A stretch of 44,054 nt of DNA. Source: a virus. The stretch is from IMG/VR virus record IMGVR_UViG_3300029494_000008. One strand, written 5' to 3'. Positions 21,885 to 30,601 of this stretch are shown piece after piece. The notes below the pieces were generated by a model. It saw only the letters and a list, made by a program, of their open reading frames with translations. It did not search any database and was not told where the DNA came from. The stretch's first letter is position 1, and every line of letters begins with the position of its first letter. A program made the position numbers and the translations under genes.

Positions 21885-23716
21885 GCCGGACGACCGCGCA
21901 GGTGTCCTTTCTGGATGAAATCATCGTGGACAGTTTCGCCGGCGGCGGCGGGGCCTCCACGGGGATCGAACTGGCCACCGGCCGCCCCGTGACCATCGCA
22001 ATCAACCATGACCCTGACGCCATTTTAATGCACAAGACCAACCACCCGTACACCGAGCATTACCAGGCCAGCGTGTGGGACGTGGATCCCCGCGAGGTGT
22101 GCCAGGGCCGGCCGGTGGGCCTGCTGTGGGCCTCCCCTGACTGCAAGCATTTTTCCAAGGCCAAGGGGGGAAAGCCGGTAGACAAAAACATAAGGGGCCT
22201 GGCCTGGATCGTCCTGCGGTGGGCCGGAACCGTGGCGCCCAGGGTGATCATGCTGGAGAACGTGGAGGAGTTCCAGACCTGGGGACCTGTCCGAAAGGGA
22301 CGCCCGGTGAAGTCAAAGGCGGGCCAGACGTTCCGCCGGTGGCTTTCCCAACTGGAGGCCCTGGGCTATGCCGTGGAATGGCGGGAACTGGTGGCGGCCG
22401 ACTATGGAGCGCCCACCACGCGAAAGCGGTTTTTCCTGATCGCCAGAAGGGACGGGGAACCCATTGTGTGGCCGGAGCCAACCCACGCGCCGGCGGACAC
22501 CCCGGAGGTGCTGGCAGGCCGGAAAAAGCCGTGGAGGAGCGCGGCGGAGGTCATAGACTGGAGCCTGCCCTGCCCGTCCATCTTCGACACACGGGAGGCC
22601 ATCCGGGAGAAATACGGGCTTTCCGCCCAGCGCCCCCTCCGCCCCAATACCATGCGGCGGGTGATCCGTGGGGTGGACAAGTTCTCCATCAAAGCGCCGG
22701 ACCCGTTCCTGGTGGTGGTGAACCATGCCGGAAACTTCCGGGGGCAGGACGCGGCGGACCCACTCCAGACGGTGACGGCAAAGCACGGGTATGGCGTCGC
22801 CTCCCCCGTCATGGCCCCGCTGACCATGCACAACAACGAGAACGCCACGGGGACCAAGATCACCGAGCCGGTGAACACGATCACAAGCAGCGGAGCGGGA
22901 GGCCATCAAATGGTGATCACCCCGGCCATGATCCAGTACCACACCGAGCAGACCGAGCGGGTACGGGGGCAAGGGCTGGCGGAACCCCTTATGACCATTG
23001 ACGCCTCCAACCGTTACGGCCTGGCGGCGGCCAGCCTGGTCAAATACTACGGGAGCGACCAGCATGGCCAGAGCGCCGGGGATCCGCTCCACACCGTCAC
23101 CGCAAAAGACCGGGAGGGCGTCCTGGCGGCGAACCTGGCCAAGTTCTACGGCGGAGCATATACCGGGGAGGGGTCCAGAATGTCCGACCCGCTCCACACG
23201 GTCACGGCCGTGGACCACAACGCCATGACGGCCACCCACCTGGTCAAAATGAAGGGGACCAACCTGGGCGGCCCCATGTCGGAGCCGGTGCAGACCATCA
23301 CCGCCGGCGGCGGCCACTTCGGCGTCGTCACCACCGTGGTGGCCAAGGCGGAGCGGGACGCGGATCTGAAACACTGGCCGGAGATCCGGGACCTGCTGAA
23401 CACCTACTGCGGGTATCGCCTGGGGCCGGAGGACGTGATCCTGTTCGAGATCGGAGGCACGGCCTATTTCATGGCAGACATAGGATTGCGTATGCTGACG
23501 CCCCGGGAATTGTATATGGCCAACGGGTTCCCCCAGGACTACAAGATCGAGCGGGATTATACCGGGCGGGAGTACCCAAAGACCAAACAGGTGGCACGGT
23601 GCGGGAACGCGGTTCCCCCTCCCTTCGCCACGGCCCTGGTGCGGGCCAACCTGCCGGAGTGGTGCGGCGTCGAGATCAACACCATGGAGGAACTGGAAAA
23701 GGCGGTGGCGGTATAG
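21881..23716 (+). CDS. DNA (cytosine-5) methyltransferase with an expanded, repetitive target-recognition region.
   Basis: Motif I 'DSFAGGGG', motif IV 'SPDCKHFS', motif VI 'LENVEEF', motif VIII 'TRKRFFLIA' and motif X 'GNAVPPPF'. There are six '(D/E)P(L/V)xT(V/I)(T/D)A'-type modules between motifs VIII and IX. Confidence 0.85.
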   Translation: MSRTTAQVSFLDEIIVDSFAGGGGASTGIELATGRPVTIAINHDPDAILMHKTNHPYTEHYQASVWDVDPREVCQGRPVGLLWASPDCKHFSKAKGGKPVDKNIRGLAWIVLRWAGTVAPRVIMLENVEEFQTWGPVRKGRPVKSKAGQTFRRWLSQLEALGYAVEWRELVAADYGAPTTRKRFFLIARRDGEPIVWPEPTHAPADTPEVLAGRKKPWRSAAEVIDWSLPCPSIFDTREAIREKYGLSAQRPLRPNTMRRVIRGVDKFSIKAPDPFLVVVNHAGNFRGQDAADPLQTVTAKHGYGVASPVMAPLTMHNNENATGTKITEPVNTITSSGAGGHQMVITPAMIQYHTEQTERVRGQGLAEPLMTIDASNRYGLAAASLVKYYGSDQHGQSAGDPLHTVTAKDREGVLAANLAKFYGGAYTGEGSRMSDPLHTVTAVDHNAMTATHLVKMKGTNLGGPMSEPVQTITAGGGHFGVVTTVVAKAERDADLKHWPEIRDLLNTYCGYRLGPEDVILFEIGGTAYFMADIGLRMLTPRELYMANGFPQDYKIERDYTGREYPKTKQVARCGNAVPPPFATALVRANLPEWCGVEINTMEELEKAVAV

Positions 23717-23743
23717 CCGCCGGAAAGAAACGGAGGAAATCAC

Positions 23744-24121
23744 ATGGGCGTTATCGGGATCGGAGTGGGAACCGCCAAAATGGGGCGGATCTGCAAGGAC
23801 AAGGCAGGGAACGTCACGGAGCAATCGACGGCCCGGTGGGACGCGGACCCCACCGGCGGATCGGTGGCGATCTGGCCAATGGACCCGGAGAAGATGGAAC
23901 CGAGCGGGCCGGCGGAGGTGTACGGCGACTGGGACGCGGCCGCCTATCTCCGCCGGGTGGTGGAACTGATCCACCCAAACCGGCAGATCAACATACCGGA
24001 CCTGGAGGCCATGATCCGAGCCGCCGCAAAGGCCGGGGAGGATATTTGTACCTACTGCCCGGACTACAACTGCCGGGACTGTATCGTGAATGAGTGGAAG
24101 GAGGATCCAGGCGATGAATGA
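23744..24121 (+). CDS. Hypothetical protein.
   Basis: 125-aa ORF with SD 'ggagg' and a C-terminal Cys cluster 'CTYCPDYNCRDC'. Confidence 0.6.
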   Translation: MGVIGIGVGTAKMGRICKDKAGNVTEQSTARWDADPTGGSVAIWPMDPEKMEPSGPAEVYGDWDAAAYLRRVVELIHPNRQINIPDLEAMIRAAAKAGEDICTYCPDYNCRDCIVNEWKEDPGDE

Positions 24122-24371
24122 CCAGGTTATTTTGAGCGTGGCCAAGAAAAACGGCGGCCTGGAAGTGACCACCGGGGGAACCGGGCAAGACCAACTGAAC
24201 GCCATCCGGGTGGCGGCCGCCGCGACGTTTCGGGTTTTGCATGGAGCGCGGAACCTGCCGGAGGAAATGGCGGCCGGGGTGATCTCCGCCGCCGTCCTGG
24301 ATGGGATCCAGGAGGCTATGCGGAACGACGGAGGAATGAGGGAGATTACCCTGGAACGGAGCAGGAAGTGA
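24114..24371 (+). CDS. Hypothetical protein.
   Basis: ATG at 24114 lies 9 nt after 'aaggagg' and is in frame with track ORF 24090..24371. Confidence 0.55.
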   Translation: MNDQVILSVAKKNGGLEVTTGGTGQDQLNAIRVAAAATFRVLHGARNLPEEMAAGVISAAVLDGIQEAMRNDGGMREITLERSRK

Positions 24372-24380
24372 GGCGGAGCC

Positions 24381-24563
24381 ATGAGAGAGAAAAAGAACCT
24401 GCGGCGGGTCACTCTCCTGGTGACGGCGCAGACCGCCTACAACCTGGACAGGCTGGCCACCATGTGCGGGTATCGGGAGCCGGGCCACGTCGTGGATAAA
24501 CTGGTCCGTGAGAAAATGCTGGAACTGAACGGAGGTAAACGCCATGAACGAAACGAAAATTGA
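24381..24563 (+). CDS. Hypothetical small protein, possibly RHH-like.
   Basis: 60 aa with 'RRVTLLVTAQTAYNLDRLATMCG...'. Confidence 0.45.
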   Translation: MREKKNLRRVTLLVTAQTAYNLDRLATMCGYREPGHVVDKLVREKMLELNGGKRHERNEN

Positions 24564-25344
24564 CTGGGCGGAAATGTCCTGGAACCCCGTCACCGGGTGC
24601 CGCCATGGGTGCCCCTACTGCTACGCCAGGAGAACCGCGCACCGCTTTGACGCCGGCCTGGAGGACCACGCAAGCACGGACGGCCTCCACGTCCTGGAGG
24701 AGAAGATCAAGGGGACGCCGTACCCCTACGGGTTCGAGCCAACCATGCACCGCTACCGGCTGAACCAGCCGGAGCGGAAGAAAGAGGGCCGGACCGTCTT
24801 TGTGTGCAGCATGGCGGACCTGTTTGGCCGCTGGGTGCCGACGGAGTGGATCAGGGACGTGGTGGACGCCTGCCAGAGAGCGCCCCAGCACAGATACCTG
24901 TTTTTGACGAAAAACCCCGCCCGATACCTGGAACTGGACCGGGTGGCCCTCCTCCCCCATGCGGAAAATTTCTGGTACGGGGCCACGGTGGCCAATGAGG
25001 ACGCGGCGGCCATGTACCCCATGCCCTGGGCGAATATCAACACATTCTGGAGCATGGAGCCGCTGCTGGGGCCGGTGGACATGAGCGCGGCGGAGGGCCT
25101 GCCCCGGTGGGTGATCCTGGGGGCCGAAACCGGGAACCGGATGGACAAGGTAAAGCCGCGCCGGGAATGGGTGGACCAGATCGCGGAGTTTTGCGCGGAA
25201 AACGAAATCCCGGTTTTCTACAAGGACAATCTGCGGGCCTACTTCCCGGACCTCCCACCCTCCGCCCTCCCCTGGAGCAACCAGGAGAGCGCGACAACCG
25301 AGTGGGCCGCCCATTTCATGGGCCGTTTTGAAAGGCAGGTGTGA
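24544..25344 (+). CDS. Phage Gp37/Gp68-family (DUF5131) protein.
   Basis: 'TKIDWAEMSWNPVTGCRHGCPYCYA' is the characteristic N-terminal signature. Confidence 0.7.
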   Translation: MNETKIDWAEMSWNPVTGCRHGCPYCYARRTAHRFDAGLEDHASTDGLHVLEEKIKGTPYPYGFEPTMHRYRLNQPERKKEGRTVFVCSMADLFGRWVPTEWIRDVVDACQRAPQHRYLFLTKNPARYLELDRVALLPHAENFWYGATVANEDAAAMYPMPWANINTFWSMEPLLGPVDMSAAEGLPRWVILGAETGNRMDKVKPRREWVDQIAEFCAENEIPVFYKDNLRAYFPDLPPSALPWSNQESATTEWAAHFMGRFERQV

Positions 25345-25347
25345 GCC

Positions 25348-25611
25348 GTGGAGAAAATCGAAATCGGGTACACGGTGGAAAAAGAGCGGTGGCTGGAGGC
25401 GGCCAACAATCTGTATGAGTTTGGCCAGATCATGGCGCGGAACCTGCGGAAAATGAACAGGGACGGACGCGGACAGGAGGACGCGGACGATCTCACGGCG
25501 GACATTATGCTGGCCTGTACGGCAATCGGCTATGTGGCGGAGTTTGCCGTGGATAAATGCCGGTTTATGCCTGTGCGAGGAAATGAAAAAGGCAAAGGAA
25601 AGGGGCGTTGA
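25348..25611 (+). CDS. Hypothetical protein.
   Basis: 87-aa ORF with a GTG start. Confidence 0.5.
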   Translation: MEKIEIGYTVEKERWLEAANNLYEFGQIMARNLRKMNRDGRGQEDADDLTADIMLACTAIGYVAEFAVDKCRFMPVRGNEKGKGKGR

Positions 25612-25613
25612 CC

Positions 25614-26015
25614 ATGCGGGCGGTGCTTATGAGCATAAAACCCGAGTGGTGGAAGAAGATCCTGGCCGGAGAAAAGACCGTGGAGATCCGAAAGACTGCC
25701 CCAAAGGGCGGAGCGGGAGAGCCGAAACCGTGGCCGCTGCTGGTCCTGGTCTATGTGAGCGGAACGGGCGCTGTGCTGGGGCAGTTCTACTGCCACGGGT
25801 GGGCGAAAAGCGATTTTTGGCCCATGTCTTACATGGCCTCCCGCTCCTGTGTGCCCGTTGAGGATCTGGAGAGATACGCCGACGGAAAGCCCCTGTATGG
25901 CTGGATCGTGGGAGAGGCGGAGGCATACGACACGCCCAGCCCGCTGGCGGAGTTTGGGATGACCCGGCCGCCCATGTCGTGGCAGTACATAGAAATACCA
26001 GAAACGGAGGGATAA
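25614..26015 (+). CDS. ASCH-domain (PUA-like) protein.
   Basis: 'MSIKPEWWKKILAGEKTVEIRK' is a typical ASCH N-terminus. The ATG at 25614 is preferred over the TTG at 25608. Confidence 0.6.
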   Translation: MRAVLMSIKPEWWKKILAGEKTVEIRKTAPKGGAGEPKPWPLLVLVYVSGTGAVLGQFYCHGWAKSDFWPMSYMASRSCVPVEDLERYADGKPLYGWIVGEAEAYDTPSPLAEFGMTRPPMSWQYIEIPETEG

Positions 26016-26018
26016 GGC

Positions 26019-26420
26019 ATGAAAGAATATCTGCGGGCGGTGTGTTTGTGCGCGGCCATCGTTGTGGTGGTCCTTTTTGCCACGGGCATGGTGTGGTACG
26101 GGTATCTGGTGACGGCCGCGCTTTTTGGGCTGACGCGAGGAGAAACGGCGACCGCCGCCCTGGGGATCGCGCTGGTGGCCGGGGCCGTCAAGGCATACCG
26201 GGAGCGGAGGCGCCAGGGCGTGAGGAGAGAGGCCATAGAAAAGGCGATCCAACTGTGGGAGGCCCTTATGGCAAAACAGCGGTATGAAATGCCGCCGGAG
26301 GAGTGGCGGCGCCTGCAGCCGTTCTACGTCCTGACCGTCGAGGCGCTGAAAAACGAGCGGGACAGGGCTGCAAAACGCGGAGGAGCGAAAAAGAGCCAGG
26401 AAACCGGCGGGGGTTCGTAA
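26019..26420 (+). CDS. Hypothetical membrane protein.
   Basis: 133 aa with two or three N-terminal hydrophobic helices and a basic C-terminus. Confidence 0.55.
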   Translation: MKEYLRAVCLCAAIVVVVLFATGMVWYGYLVTAALFGLTRGETATAALGIALVAGAVKAYRERRRQGVRREAIEKAIQLWEALMAKQRYEMPPEEWRRLQPFYVLTVEALKNERDRAAKRGGAKKSQETGGGS

Positions 26421-26421
26421 A

Positions 26422-26895
26422 ATGGCCATCAACATTTCCGACCTGCCGCCGAAATACCAGGCCCAGGCCGTGAAAAAGTACATGGAACAGCAGGCGCGGC
26501 GGGGGCTTATGCCCTCCGCCGCCGTGCAGGATCCCGAGAAGGTGAACAAGTACCGGAACACACCCACCACACGGGTGACGCCCTCCGGGGCCGTCCTCCG
26601 GTTCGACAGCCAGAAAGAGGCCCGCCGGTATGACTTCCTGATCGAGCGGGAGCGGCGCGGGGAGATCCGGGACCTACGCCTGCAGGTTGACTTCACCCTC
26701 CAGGAGGCATACACGGACACGGAGGGCCGCCGGGTGCGGGCCATCCGGTACAGGGCTGATTTTACATACCACGAGGGCGCCCAGGGGGTGCAAGTGGTGG
26801 AGGACGTAAAGAGCCGCGCCACACGCACCAGGGAATACGCCATGAAAAAGAAGTTGCTAAAGGACCGTTTTGGAATTGACATAACCGAGGTGTAA
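26422..26895 (+). CDS. DUF1064-family protein, a putative endonuclease or Holliday-junction-resolvase-like protein.
   Basis: '...FDSQKEARRYDFL...IRDLRLQVDF...YRADFTY...VEDVKS...KKKLL' matches the DUF1064 pattern. Confidence 0.55.
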   Translation: MAINISDLPPKYQAQAVKKYMEQQARRGLMPSAAVQDPEKVNKYRNTPTTRVTPSGAVLRFDSQKEARRYDFLIERERRGEIRDLRLQVDFTLQEAYTDTEGRRVRAIRYRADFTYHEGAQGVQVVEDVKSRATRTREYAMKKKLLKDRFGIDITEV

Positions 26896-26897
26896 CC

Positions 26898-27407
26898 ATG
26901 AGCATGACAAGGGGCACGAACCCGGAGCGGGAGGCCGTCAAAGAGTACCTGCAGCAGTACCATGACGCCAAAGTAAAAAAGCGGATACTGGAGGAGCGCC
27001 ACCGCACCCTATCTGCCGAACTGCGGGACCCGGGCGTGGGATCCACATACAGGACCATGCCGACCGCAAAAAGGCAGGCCAGGGAGGGCGGGGCCGTGTC
27101 CCTTGTGTACCGGATCTCCGAGGTGGAGGACCGGATCGACCAGCAACGGGAGGCCATGGCCAAGGCCGTCCTGCACGTTATGGACATGATCGACATACTC
27201 CCCCAAAACTCCATGGAGCGCACCGTGGTGGAAATGCGGCACATCGACTGCAAGCCCTGGGAGAAGATCGCCCAGGCCGTACACATGAGCCGGTCCCGCG
27301 TATTTGACTACTACAACGCCGCCCTGGACACCCTGCTGGCCTGTAAGCGCACGGGGAAACTGGTGGGGGAATACATGGCCGGCAAAGAGAAAAACAAGCG
27401 CGGATAA
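26898..27407 (+). CDS. Sigma-70 region-4-like late transcription regulator (ArpU/RinA/DUF1492-like).
   Basis: 169 aa with a C-terminal HTH 'KPWEKIAQAVHMSRSRVFDYYNAALDTL'. It is the last gene before the packaging module. Confidence 0.55.
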   Translation: MSMTRGTNPEREAVKEYLQQYHDAKVKKRILEERHRTLSAELRDPGVGSTYRTMPTAKRQAREGGAVSLVYRISEVEDRIDQQREAMAKAVLHVMDMIDILPQNSMERTVVEMRHIDCKPWEKIAQAVHMSRSRVFDYYNAALDTLLACKRTGKLVGEYMAGKEKNKRG

Positions 27408-27913
27408 AAGATCGGACGTCATCGGACTTTTTACTGTGCTATATTGATAGCATGGAAATCGGGAGGGCACCAGGGAAACGCCTGGCGGCCCTCCCCTTTC
27501 CATACCTGAGCCGGGCGGAGCGTAGGCGCGGGGGCTTTCCTCCTTTCACCCCGCAGCGTCCGCAGTACCAGAGCGGACGCAGCCCGGCAATCACATGGCC
27601 ATGGGCGTCATACCATGGGCGCCCATGGCCTCCCCTCTCCGAAAAATGAGAGGGCGCCCCCCGTTTGGGTCCTTCCCAGGGGGTGCGACCGTGCGGGGCG
27701 CGGAAGGCCCGGCGTTTTTCTCCAAGAAAATCCCTGAAAAACGGGCCGTTACGTTACGCATTGACGCGCCGGCCGGAGCAATCGGGAGGCACCCACCCCC
27801 TAAAGGGGGTGAGGCCCGAAAAAATCCAGAGGAAACGAGGTCAAAAAAACGAAATCCACCACCAGGCGGAAAGCGAAACCGGCGGGGCCATCCGGCCGGC
27901 GGCGGAAAAGGGG
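27408..27913. other. Non-coding, highly structured region upstream of terS. It is a candidate packaging (cos) site and late-promoter region.
   Basis: No credible CDS. Stems are at 27461-27495, 27556-27580, 27597-27630 (11 bp), 27633-27654 and 27794-27811. Phased A-tracts lie at 27815-27880. Confidence 0.45.
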
Positions 27914-28516
27914 GTGCTGCAGGTGGCGGGAACGACGAAAAAAACAGCGCCAAAGAGGTCCACGACGCCGGCGGTGCTGACCGGGACGGTGCCGGAATGG
28001 GCCAATTCCACCGCCATCGCCCAACTGCTGGGGAAAACCACCCGGCGGGTCCAGCAGTTGACCCAGGACGGGATCCTGGAAACCGAGGTCCCGCCCGGCG
28101 GCGGGGCCAGGAAGTACCGGACCTGCGAAACGATCCAGCGGTATATCGCCCACGTGGAGCAAAAGGCCCAGGAGATCGGAGAGGGCGGCCGCCTGGCGGA
28201 ACTGAACCTGAAAAAACTGGAGGCGGAGGTGGCCCTGAAAGAGAGCCAGGGCAGCCTCCACCGCCTGAAAACCGCCATAGCGGAGGGGAAATACCTGCCG
28301 GCGGAGCAGGCCACCGAGGAACTGGCGGAGTTTATGGCGGCCTTTCAAAAGTTCGCCATGACGATCCCGGCCCGCATGGCCGGGGCCATGTCCGGGTATG
28401 CGGACGCCATCACGATCCGCAACGCACAAAAGGCCATCCGCAAGGAACTGGAAACCATGCTGACGGCCTATGTGGACGCCATGCAGGCGGAGGACCCGCC
28501 GGAGGCCGCGCCGTGA
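27914..28516 (+). CDS. terS: Terminase small subunit.
   Basis: It has an N-terminal HTH 'EWANSTAIAQLLGKTTRRVQQLTQDGIL' and a coiled coil, and its stop overlaps the terL start. The start is uncertain: GTG at 27914 or 27923. The track start at 27665 is probably too far upstream. Confidence 0.65.
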   Translation: MLQVAGTTKKTAPKRSTTPAVLTGTVPEWANSTAIAQLLGKTTRRVQQLTQDGILETEVPPGGGARKYRTCETIQRYIAHVEQKAQEIGEGGRLAELNLKKLEAEVALKESQGSLHRLKTAIAEGKYLPAEQATEELAEFMAAFQKFAMTIPARMAGAMSGYADAITIRNAQKAIRKELETMLTAYVDAMQAEDPPEAAP

Positions 28517-30351
28517 GGAAGTACCGAGTAAAACCCTACAAGGTGCCCCGGTGGATGGTGCCGGCCATTGAGATCCTGCGGCCAAGGGAACGGGTAAGCA
28601 CATCCGCATGGGCGGAGCAGAACCGGGTCCTGCCAAACGGAAACGCCATACCAGGGCCGTGGCGGAACAACGTCACCCCGTACCTGGTGGAGATCATGGA
28701 CGCCTTTTCCGACGAAACCACGGAAAAGATCGTCTTTGTCAAGCCCACGCAGGTGGGCGGCACCTCCGCCATGGAGAACGCCATGGGGAGCCTGATAGAC
28801 CAGGATCCGGCGCCGGCCATGTTCGTGTACCCTTCGGACGAACTGGCAGAGCGCACGGTGGAGGCGAAACTGGAGCCAATGATCCGCCAGTGCAAGGCCC
28901 TGGCGGAGAAGTACCGGGAGCATGACAGCAAGCGCCTGGCCCTAAAGTTCCGGGATATGATCGTCTACCTGACCGGAGCCAACAGCCCGGCCAGCCTGGC
29001 CTCCACCCCGATCCGATACCTGTTCCTGGATGAAGTAGACAAATTCCCGGGGGCGACCAAAAAAGAGGCCGACCCCGTATCCCTGGCCATTGAGCGCACA
29101 AAGACATTTTTCAACCGCAAGATCTTTATGGCCTCCACCCCGACCCTGAAAACCGGGCCGATCTGGAAAGCTAAGGAGGAGGCGGACGCGGAAAAACACT
29201 ACTTTGTGCCGTGCCCCCATTGTGGGGAATTTATCGAACTGAAATTCGCACAGATCAAGTGGCCCAGCAAGGACGACGTGCCGGACCAGGCGGAGCGGGC
29301 CGAAATGGCCACATACGTGTGCCAGGCGTGTGGGTGTATCATCACCGACCGGGACAAGGCGGCCATGCTCCAGGCGGGCCGGTGGCAGATCGTCCGGCAG
29401 ACCACGACGACACCCAAAAGCGTGGCCTACTGGATGAATACCCTGTATTCACCGTTTACCAGGTTTTCCGACATCGCCCGGGAGTTCATGCGGGCCAAGG
29501 ACGACCCGGAACTGCTCCACAACTTCGTCAATTCGTGGCTGGCGGAGCCGTGGGAGGACACCAAACTGAAAACCAACGCCGAAATGGTCATGGAGCGGCA
29601 AACGGAGGTTCCGGCCTGGTCCCTCCCGGCGTGGACAAAACTGCTGACCGGCGGGATCGACGTGCAGGAAAATTGCCTGTACTGGGTGATCCGAGCATGG
29701 GGCGACTTTATGACCTCCCAAAACGTGGCCCATGGCCAGGCGCTTTCCATGGCGGAAGTGGAACGGATTATGAATACCGAGTTTTCCCTGCCAGACGGCG
29801 GAAAGGTCATGGTGGACCTGGCCCTGATGGACAGCGGCGACCAGACCGACGCGGTGTATGAGTTCTGCACCATGAACATGGACTGGGTGCGGCCCTGTAA
29901 GGGCGTCCCGTCCCTCCAGGGCCATTACAAGATCTCCACCGTGGACAAGGCCGGGAGCCGGGCCAACGGTATGCAACTGGTCCTTGTGGACGGCGGCAAA
30001 TACAAGGACATGATCGCCGGGCGCATGAGGCGGCCAAACGGGAACGGATCCTGGATGGTGCATAAAGACTGTGATCTGGAGTATGCGGAGCAGGTCACGG
30101 CGGAGCATAAGATCACCGAGCGGGCCGCCGGAAAAGAGGTTCAGCGGTGGGTGCTGAAATCCTCCCACGCGGACAACCATTACCTGGACTGCGAGGTGTA
30201 CGCGGCGGCGGCCGCCGACGTGCTGGAGGTCCGGTCCCTGTTCCTGAAAAACCCGGACCGAGCGGAGGAGCAGGCGCCAAAGCCGGCACCGCCAAAGCCG
30301 CAGCCGGCACCGGAGGAAACATGGATCCAGCAGAATGAAAACTGGTTCTGA
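28513..30351 (+). CDS. terL: Terminase large subunit, lambda gpA-like.
   Basis: Walker A-like 'KPTQVGGTS', Walker B 'LFLDEVDKF', and CxxC pairs 'CPHCGEF...CQACGC'. The GTG at 28513 overlaps the terS stop. The upstream part of track ORF 27595 is an artefact. Confidence 0.85.
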   Translation: MRKYRVKPYKVPRWMVPAIEILRPRERVSTSAWAEQNRVLPNGNAIPGPWRNNVTPYLVEIMDAFSDETTEKIVFVKPTQVGGTSAMENAMGSLIDQDPAPAMFVYPSDELAERTVEAKLEPMIRQCKALAEKYREHDSKRLALKFRDMIVYLTGANSPASLASTPIRYLFLDEVDKFPGATKKEADPVSLAIERTKTFFNRKIFMASTPTLKTGPIWKAKEEADAEKHYFVPCPHCGEFIELKFAQIKWPSKDDVPDQAERAEMATYVCQACGCIITDRDKAAMLQAGRWQIVRQTTTTPKSVAYWMNTLYSPFTRFSDIAREFMRAKDDPELLHNFVNSWLAEPWEDTKLKTNAEMVMERQTEVPAWSLPAWTKLLTGGIDVQENCLYWVIRAWGDFMTSQNVAHGQALSMAEVERIMNTEFSLPDGGKVMVDLALMDSGDQTDAVYEFCTMNMDWVRPCKGVPSLQGHYKISTVDKAGSRANGMQLVLVDGGKYKDMIAGRMRRPNGNGSWMVHKDCDLEYAEQVTAEHKITERAAGKEVQRWVLKSSHADNHYLDCEVYAAAAADVLEVRSLFLKNPDRAEEQAPKPAPPKPQPAPEETWIQQNENWF

Positions 30352-30363
30352 CAGGAGGCAATC

Positions 30364-30597
30364 ATGGAACTGGACAACACAACAGCGGCCCCGGCGGAAC
30401 TGCTGGAGCAGGTCAACAAGGCGATCACCACCGTGCTGGTGGGCGGGCAATCCTACCGGATCGGCAGCCGCCAACTGACGCGGGCGGACCTGGCCATGTT
30501 GAAAACCCTCCGGGACGACCTGGAGGCGCAACTGGCGGCCGACGAAAGCGGCCCCCTGCTGGGGCGCACCTACATGGCATTTTTCGAGGGGAGGTAA
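30364..30597 (+). CDS. Head-tail joining protein, lambda gpW-like.
   Basis: 77 aa, lying between terL and the portal gene as in lambda. The pattern is '...YRIGSRQLTRADLAMLKTLRDDLE'. Confidence 0.6.
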   Translation: MELDNTTAAPAELLEQVNKAITTVLVGGQSYRIGSRQLTRADLAMLKTLRDDLEAQLAADESGPLLGRTYMAFFEGR

Positions 30598-30601
30598 AGC
30601 G

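Noticed and set aside
27595-28512. N-terminal ~300 codons of track ORF 27595..30351, and the 27665 start of the terS frame.
   Set aside because: These are Pro/Gly/Arg-rich junk overlapping the terS frame. The terL family signature begins after the GTG at 28513, which overlaps the terS stop.
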